A stretch of 64,000 nt of DNA from Octopus vulgaris (Eukaryota): assembly GCA_951406725.2 (NCBI GenBank), contig OX597836.1:14632001-14696000 (forward strand), in the 5' to 3' direction. Every line of letters starts with the position of its first letter. The stretch's first letter is position 1. The notes under the pieces are model-generated. The model searched no databases. It had not been told where the DNA came from and saw only the letters and a program-made list of their open reading frames with translations. Position numbers and translations under genes: made by a program. Positions 55,163 through 64,000 of this stretch are shown here, in pieces.

Positions 55163-55390
55163 AGAAGGAACTTCCAGGCCAACATATTAAAGAACGGCAG
55201 TAGCCCAACATGTCGTGTATGTAAACAACAAAATGAAGCCATTGATCATGTCTCTCATGTACAGTCTTCTTGAGCCTACAGAGTATCACAACAGGCATGA
55301 TAGAGCAGCACAGTATATTCACTGGGTAATCTGCCAGAAACCTGGACCTGCCCCATGATAAAAACTGGTGGGAACACAAACCACCTCCAC
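55163..55390 (+). pseudogene. Fragment of an RLE-type non-LTR retrotransposon (R4/Dong-like) zinc-knuckle region
   Basis: Frameshifted translation NFQANILKNGSSPTCRVCKQQNEAIDHV / SC / EPTEYHNRHDRAAQYIHWVIC / NLDLPHDKNWWEHKP fits the CCHC knuckle plus RHD motif that precedes the RLE domain. Confidence 0.75.
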
Positions 55391-55397
55391 CGACCCT

Positions 55398-55545
55398 AGT
55401 GTTTCACTGGTACTTAATTTATCGAGCCCGAAAGAGTGAAGGGCAAAGTCGACCTCGGTGGAATTTGAACTCAGAACGTAAAGACAGACAAAATGCCGCT
55501 AAGCATTTCGCCTGTTGTACTAACGATTTTGCCAGCTCGCCGCCT
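55398..55545 (-). mobile_element. SINE family B head
   Basis: Matches the family B head and body. Confidence 0.8.
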
Positions 55546-55799
55546 GATAGTAACATTACTATCCAAGTGTTTACGGTTTTTACGGGTTGGGTAATAATGC
55601 CATTTTTTTTATATTTGTATACAAGTGTGTATGTGCGTGTGTGCGGGAAAGTGTGTGCGTGCAAGCGTGCGTGCGCGTGTGTGTGTGTGTGATACAGTGT
55701 CATGTATATGTCGATATAGATCGATTGTACATCTACCTAACAATCATGTTTATTTCTGTCAACGTTTACAGTTCATTGCCAGATCTTGTCAAATTCGTC

Positions 55800-55840
<41 letters not shown>

Positions 55841-55979
55841 AGAGAGAGAGCGGGAGAGAGAGAGTGGAAGGAAGAGAGAGTTGTAGCTTTCAATATTGTT
55901 AGTGATTCGTGATGGTCTCAGAGATGCTGATGGTGCTGGAACCGCTGCTGTCGCTGTTGTTGCTGCTGGTGATAGCGAC

Positions 55980-56055
<76 letters not shown>

Positions 56056-56066
56056 GTGATGCTGCT

Positions 56067-56159
<93 letters not shown>

Positions 56160-56161
56160 GG

Positions 56162-56217
<56 letters not shown>

Positions 56218-56377
56218 GTGATGGTGATGGTGATGGTGATGGTGATGATGATGATGATGATGGTGATGGTGATGGTGATGGTGATGGTGATGATGATGAT
56301 GATGATGGTGATGGTGATGGTGATGGTGATGATGATGATGATGATGAGGAGGAGGAGGAGGAGGATGGTGATGGTGA

Positions 56378-56411
<34 letters not shown>

Positions 56412-56521
56412 GGTGGTGATGATGATGATGATGATGATGATGATGGTGGTGTTGATGGTGATGGTGATGATGGTGATGATGATGATGATGATGGTGGTGT
56501 TGATGGTGATGGTGATGATGG

Positions 56522-56582
<61 letters not shown>

Positions 56583-57063
56583 AGTGATGGCGATTTTCAT
56601 AATGTTCTCGGCCATATTGTCGATGTTGTAGGTGTTGTTCGAATTAATGTGTTTTTCGTTATATTTGTCAGTTGTCGTGTAGGGGTGGGCGTGGGATTTT
56701 TTTTTTACCTTGTCCCTTTTATCGTCATCGTATTGACGTTTATATTTTTTTTTGTCTTTTATTTATACATTTATTTCGAGTTTTTTGCTTGTGTGTTTTT
56801 TTTGTTTTTTTTTTTTTTTTTTTTTTTTGCCTGTTTGTTGTACAGTCTCTGATCTAATTGCTGTTATATTTGAACTGTTTCACAATTTGTTTGTCTGTCA
56901 ATTAATTGTTGCTGGTTATTGTTGATGATGATGATGTTCATAATGTTTACGACGACGTCGACGGCGATGACGATGATGATGATGATGATGTGAGATGGCG
57001 GTGATGGGAGTATGGAGGGTGATAATCTTGGCGGTGGCATCGACGACGGTGGCGATGAAGGCG

Positions 57064-57132
<69 letters not shown>

Positions 57133-58083
57133 GTGATGACGATGACGACGACGATGATGATGAGGATGATGATGAAATGACAATGATGATGGCGATGATG
57201 ATGATGATGAGGAGGAGGATAATGATGATTATGATGATGATGATGATAATGATGATGATGATGACGATGATGATGATGACAATGGTGATGATGACAACGA
57301 TGATGATGATGACGATGATGATGATGATGACAACGACAATAAAGGCGATGACGAAGTTGATGATGATGATGGTGATGATAATGACGGTAGTGATGTTGGT
57401 GTTGGTGATGATGATGATGACGACGACGACGACAATGATGAAACAAGGGCAAGAACATGAACAAGAACAACAACACAAAACAAGAGAGGAAGAAACATTA
57501 ATGCTACAAAACGACAGCCTTTCAAGAAATGTTACATTGAATAATATAAGCCAAGGTACACTATTCCCCGTAATGCACAACACAAAAACTGAGAGATGGT
57601 CACCGCTTAAATGCCTTTGATCACAACAACAACAACAACAACGACATAAAAATATACAAGAATAAACACAAAAAATTAGAATAATGCCCAAATTAAATAA
57701 GGAAATAAATAATAAATAAATAAATAAATGAAGAAATAAAAGATGAATAAATAAATAAAAAAATCTCCAAATCAAAGAAGTAATTAAAACAAGAAAAAAA
57801 ATTGCTTCAAGTGGAACAATTACAACAACTTGAAACAACAACGATCTTCACCACCACCGCCACCACTACCATCACATCGTTATCATTATCATTATCGTCG
57901 TCGTCGTCGTCATCGTTATCGTCGTCGCCGTCATCGTCGTCATCATCATCATCGTCATCACTCTGATTAACGCCATCATCGTTTCGTCGTCGTCGTCGTC
58001 GTCGTCGTCGTCATTATCTTCATCATCATTGCCAATGGTACCAGCACAAACGTCATGACGTCGTCGTCATCATCATCATCATC

Positions 58084-58114
<31 letters not shown>

Positions 58115-58406
58115 CCATCTCCATCATCATTAGCAACACCACCACTGTCATCATCACTATCACCGTCATCATCACCATCATCATCGTCGCCATCATCATC
58201 GTCACCATCAACATCACCATCGTCGTCATCATCGTCGTCGTCATCACCATTATGATCATCATCATTATCAACATCATCATCATCATCATCATCTTCATCA
58301 TCATTATCATCATCTTCGTCATCATCAACATCACCATCGTCGTCATCATCATCGTCGTCAGCGTCACCATCATCATCATCTTCATAATCATCATCATCAT
58401 CCTCAT

Positions 58407-58448
<42 letters not shown>

Positions 58449-58847
58449 TATCATCCTCATCATCATCATCAGTAACGCACTAACCTCCTGTAAACAAGCA
58501 CGCTGTCTCCTCACTTTTTCCCACCTACTTCAACTACAACGGCCTATGTTCCGCACACCTTAGTTTGCTATATATACTACCGCTTTCACGACGTCCAGTT
58601 CACCAGACTCTCCTCCCACCTCATCCTCTAATTTGTGTCCCTTTGCTTCCCATATTAAAGTTATATGACCAATCACTCAGCCACTGAACGTAACCACCCA
58701 ATCGCCATCTCACTAGAATTCTGTTTTTGGCCATCCTAACCAAGGAGCTCACCTGTATGACAACACCTGCGAACTTCGACTCATAACTCTGATCGAACCA
58801 CCATCACCGCTACCATCATTACCATTACCACATCCACAATCACCATC

Positions 58848-59266
58848 TATTTCTATATTGCCCACAGGGGGGACTAAACATAGAGGGGACAAACAAGGAC
58901 AGACGAAGAGATTAAGTCGATTACATCGACCCCGGTGCGTAACTGGTACTTATTTAATCGACCCCGAAAGGATGAAAGGCAAAGTCGACATCGGCTGGAT
59001 TTGAACTCAGAACATAAAGATAAACGAAATACCTATTTCTTTACTACCCACAAGGGGCTAAACACAGAGAGGACAAACAAGGACAGACACACGGATTAAG
59101 TCGATTATATCGACCAGAGTGCGTAACTGGTACTTTATTTATCGACCCCGAAAGGGTGAAAGGCAAAGTCGACCTCGGTGGAATTTAAACTCAGAATGTA
59201 ACGGCAGACGAAATACGACTGCGCATTTCGCCCGGCATGCTAACGTTTCTGCCAGCTCGCCGCCCT
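58848..59266 (-). mobile_element. Dimeric SINE family B with 19-bp TSD
   Basis: TSD CACATCCACAATCACCATC at 58829-58847 and 59267-59285. Same ACGAAATACCTATTTCTTTAC junction near 59031. Confidence 0.92.
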
Positions 59267-59508
59267 CACATCCACAATCACCATCGACATCACCACCACC
59301 ACCACATGGCCATTACCACTATTATAACCACTAACAACACCACCACCGATCACCGATCACCAACACCACCACCAGTGACAATACGACTACCACCAACACC
59401 AGTGACACTGCTACGGCAACTATCACCACCACCAATACCACTACTACCACCAACATCAACAGCACCGACATCACCACTACCACATAAACATAGGTATATA
59501 TACACATA

Positions 59509-59560
<52 letters not shown>

Positions 59561-59569
59561 TCTACACGT

Positions 59570-59694
59570 AGCTGTATGGGAAGACGTTTGCTTCCCAAAA
59601 TCACGGTTCCGGGTTCAGTCCCATTGCATAGCACCTTGGACAAGAGTCTTCAAGCATAACTTTGGGCTGGCCAAAACCTTGTGAGTGTGTGCGT

Positions 59695-59728
<34 letters not shown>

Positions 59729-59950
59729 CTTTATGTCTGTGTTCGTCTACCTTCCCCGCTTGACAACCGGTGTCGGTGTGTTTATATCCCTGTAACGTAA
59801 TGGTTCGGCAAAAGAGACCGATAGAATAAGTACCAGGCCTTAAAAAGAGAAAATAAAAACGCTGGAGCCAATTCGTTCGATTAAAATTCTTCAAGGCGGT
59901 GCCCCAGCATGGCCGCAGTCCAATAAGTGAAACAAATAAAAGAATAAAAA
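59570..59950 (+). mobile_element. SINE family A, diverged copy
   Basis: Partial head, (GT)n, and tail to TGAAACAAATAAAAGAATAAAA. Confidence 0.78.
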
Positions 59951-59993
59951 ATATGTGTGTGTGTATGTGTGTGTATATGTATATATGTATATA

Positions 59994-60053
<60 letters not shown>

Positions 60054-61320
60054 CTATCTATCTGTGTATCTATCTATCCATCAATATATATATATTTAAA
60101 TGGCGGTGCCCCAGCATGGCCACAGCTCATGAGCTGAAACTAAGAAATCAAAATCATATATATATATATATAATATACACACACACACACATACACACAC
60201 ACACACAGACACATTTATAGATATACACACATGTAGAGCTATGCACGTGGACATACGCTTACGCGTATACGTCCCTGGATGAACGCATACACATGTACAC
60301 GAGCACTCAGACACGCACACACAGTTGTGCAGGACCACACACGTATGCACAAATGCACGTATATACATGCATATGTACAAACACACACGTGTATACGAAC
60401 GCACACATGTGCACGAGCAGTTCACTATGAATACACGACGCCAAGAAACAGCCCAACATCACATCATTCTGCACCTCACTACACCACACACACACGCACA
60501 CATATACACACACAGACACACACATACACATACGCACACATATACACACTCATATTCGCGCGCACACCCATCAGCTACGCCCACACCCGTTACCTGCACT
60601 CTTTAAGTTAATAGGGTAAATTGACATCGGTAACATGGGGGTAGGTTAATGGCGAGAGAGGGGTGACAAATGGAGGGAGACACAGAGAGAGAGAGAGAGA
60701 GAGAGAGGGGGGAGGGAGAAAGAGGAAGAGAGACAGAGAAAGAGAATGAGAGATTGGGAGAGGGAAAGAAGGGTCGGAGCCGAAAGTGATTACAGCGTAA
60801 TGTAAGGGAAATTCATTCTTGGAACCCCTTCCTTCCGAAACATCATCGATTCCCCTGCCAACACCCACAGCCGCCGCTGCCATGGCCGTGATTACCGCCA
60901 TTGCAGCAGCCGTTCCCGCCGCCGCCGCCGCCATATGCTATCGCGTGTATCTGTAAATTACTGCTCGCGATGCCCTCCTCTTCCCTTCCCTTCCCCTTCT
61001 CGCGTCACATTACCCAACCCTTGTCTAAATCGGTGGTTTTAGGCAAGGTGGTGACATCTCTATTAAATAGGCGGACGAGAGGCGGAAAAATATGTATAAA
61101 AGAAAAAAAGAAGAAAGGGAGAGAGGGAGAGAAGGGCGACGGGAAAATGGCGAACGATACGGGAGAGGAAGCTGTGAAAGCGAGAGAGAGAGAGAGAGAT
61201 GGAGAAAGAAGGAGGGAGAGAGAGGAGAGTATTTGTAATATATTTATATGTTTATTTTAATATCTATGACATGTATTTATTTTTCAAGTGTCTTTTCGTT
61301 TGGACATCGCTATATTTCAT

Positions 61321-61360
<40 letters not shown>

Positions 61361-61555
61361 TACAAGCGTCCATATATATATACATATATATACATATATG
61401 TGTGTGTGTGTGTGTGGTGTCCATGCGCGCGGCGATCGGTTTCTAAACGGTTCCTGTGTCAACATCAGAAGAACATTGAATAACAACCAAAATGACAACA
61501 GCAGATAAACAACACCATCGCCGTCGCCAACTCAAAGACCATAAGCATATATTAC

Positions 61556-61642
<87 letters not shown>

Positions 61643-61649
61643 ATGTATG

Positions 61650-61735
<86 letters not shown>

Positions 61736-61975
61736 ATATATTATATATATGTATTATATACATATATATTATATAATTATATATATATATATACACATAA
61801 ACATATTCATACATAGTACATACATACATACGTACATACATATATACACATGTGTGTATATAGACTTCAACAACAACATCAAATCTAGCAGCAAACGTTA
61901 CTAAGAAATTCTTTGCCAATAATATTGAAAACAAAAGAACAACAACAACAACAATAACAACAAAGATGGCGAAGA

Positions 61976-62006
<31 letters not shown>

Positions 62007-62189
62007 AAGAAGAAGAAGAAGAAGAAGAAGAAGAAGAAGAAGAAGAAGAAGAAGAAGAAGAAGAAGAAGAAGAAGAATATTAACGTTAACAAACGGAATC
62101 ACTGAAACAAAACAGTCCGAAATTAAAGACCGGGCGACGAAACGTAAGTGAAACATCTAACATATCGACAGCATCATCATCACCACCAC

Positions 62190-62338
<149 letters not shown>

Positions 62339-62340
62339 CC

Positions 62341-62372
<32 letters not shown>

Positions 62373-62914
62373 CATCTCCTTCTTCTTCTTCTTTCTTCTT
62401 CTCCCTCCTGCTCCCCCTGCTCATACCCTTCCTCTTCCTTCTTCTCATCATCACCTCATCGTCATCGTCATCACCATCACCATCATTGTCACCATCAATA
62501 TCAATATATTCCTCCTCCTGTTCATCATCAACATCATCATCATTCGTGCCCTCCTCCTCCTCCCCAAAAGTATAAAAAGGTAAAGTCGACGCCGATAATG
62601 CAATTTGAACTCGAAACGTCGAGACGGGCTAAATGGCTGCTGTTAAAGTAGTTTGTCTGTCGCGGTAACGATTGTGCCAGCTCGCTGCCTCCTATGTCGT
62701 TGGTAATGTTAACAGCTACGTTAAGAGCAACAAGAACCACAGGAAACAACATTAATACCACCGCCACCGCCGCCGCCGCCGTTGACAACAACAACAACAA
62801 CAACAACAATAACTACAATAACAATGGTAGCAACATCACCAAAAGTACTGGGTTGTCCGGAAAGTTCGTGCCGGTTTTTAAAGGAACGGAAAAGGCCAAT
62901 AAATACGTGTCATT

Positions 62915-63239
62915 ACCCAAGCTTTATCAGGTGCTCATGAACAACGGATTTTGATAGGTTAAGGCTTTCTGCCAATTCTCGGGTTGTGCAATGTGGGTTA
63001 TTCTCAATTTATGACTCGATTTGGTCATCATCTGTAGTGGATGGTCTGCCTGATCGCTCTTTATCAATAAGGCTACAATCTCCATCTCGGAACCTTGCGA
63101 ACCACTTTCGTACAGTTCTTTCGGATAAAGAAACATCACCGGAAACAGCGCATATTTCTTTGGTTGCTTGTGAGACATTTTTCCCTTCACGGAAAAAGAA
63201 AAGCATCAAGTGCCGAAAATGGACTTCGTTATCTTCCAC
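62915..63239 (-). pseudogene. Mariner transposase N-terminal DNA-binding region (catalytic domain deleted)
   Basis: MEDNEVHFRHLMLFFFREGKNVSQATKEIC...SERTVRKWFARFRDGDCSLIDKERSGRPS..DDDQIES*IENNPHCTTRELAESLNLSKSVVHEHLIKLG*, a Mos1/Hsmar1-like bipartite HTH region. Confidence 0.9.
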
Positions 63240-63270
63240 TTTAAAGGGTTACATAATTAACACAGGTTAT

Positions 63271-63589
63271 CTCGTCGCCCTTTTCAAGCCTAGCCAGGCT
63301 CATGGGCCCGGTTTCCCCATTTCTGTGGCGTATGTGCCCCCCCCCCCCCCCCAGCTGGACAGGATGACAGTCCATCGCAGCGTTACTCAAGAAACAGGAA
63401 GAGAGAGTGAGAGAAAGTTGTGGCGAAAGAGTACAACAGGGGTCACCACCAACCCCTGCCGGAGCCTCGTGGAGCCTTTTTTAGGTGTTTTCGCTCAATA
63501 AACACACACAACGCCCAGTCTGGGAATCGAAACCGCGATCCTCCGACCGCGAGTCCGCTACCCTAACCACTGGGCCATTGCGCCTCCAC
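63271..63589 (-). mobile_element. tRNA-derived SINE, head C + tail 1 variant, inserted in the mariner 5' region
   Basis: TSD ACAGGTTAT at 63262-63270 and 63593-63601. Head nearly identical to the 48084 copy; tail like the 35711 copy. Confidence 0.9.
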
Positions 63590-64000
63590 AAAACAGGTTA
63601 TAGGAACATAAACCTTCTTCCACGAAAAGATAGCTTAAACTGTGCTCTAAATGGAGGTGTAGTCAAATCCTATTTTATGGACTCAAACATGTTCTAAAAT
63701 AAGTCGAAAGGTAAGCTACTGTAAATCGGCACGAACTTTCCGGACAACCGAATACATAGAATCATCATCGCCCTAAAAGGAGCGTTAATTACAACAGCAG
63801 CATTTAAAGAACAATTGTTACACTAACAATAACAATAACAATAACAATAACCATAGCAACAACATTATCAAATAACAACATGAAAAGCAATATTTATACT
63901 AAGAACGATCACAACACCAGTGTTTACACTTACAATCACAACAACGACGCCAACATCGTCAAACAACGTCAGAATCTAACAACACCAATATTGACATTAA

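Larger units (their letters stand above)
62848..63752 (-). mobile_element. Internally deleted mariner transposon with TIRs and TA target duplication
   Basis: Left end TA|CTGGGTTGTCCGGAAAGTTCGTGCCGGTTT and right end AAATCGGCACGAACTTTCCGGACAACCGAA|TA are ~30-bp imperfect inverted repeats. Confidence 0.92.

Overview
Eukaryotic, extremely microsatellite-rich animal DNA. The repeat landscape is what I recognise from octopus (cephalopod) genomes, but that taxon call is inference. Only one host coding exon is supportable: the first coding exon of a DM-domain transcription factor of the DMRTA2/Dmrt99B (Dmrt4/5) class, on the minus strand at 5562..4782, ending at a GTAAGT donor. The remaining ~58 kb upstream looks like a gene desert. 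It holds tRNA-derived SINE families (modular, nested and multimeric, several with clear TSDs), Penelope-like element (PLE) RT relics and short PLE-type terminal repeats, two Tc1/mariner relics, a non-autonomous Helitron and an R4/Dong-like RLE LINE fragment. The most striking observation is a set of minimal type I hammerhead-ribozyme-like motifs in the PLE-type repeats. Their 3-8 core positions vary as C-G, A-U, G.U and G-C, and they have palindromic stem III. Almost all ORFs in the supplied track are microsatellite artefacts.
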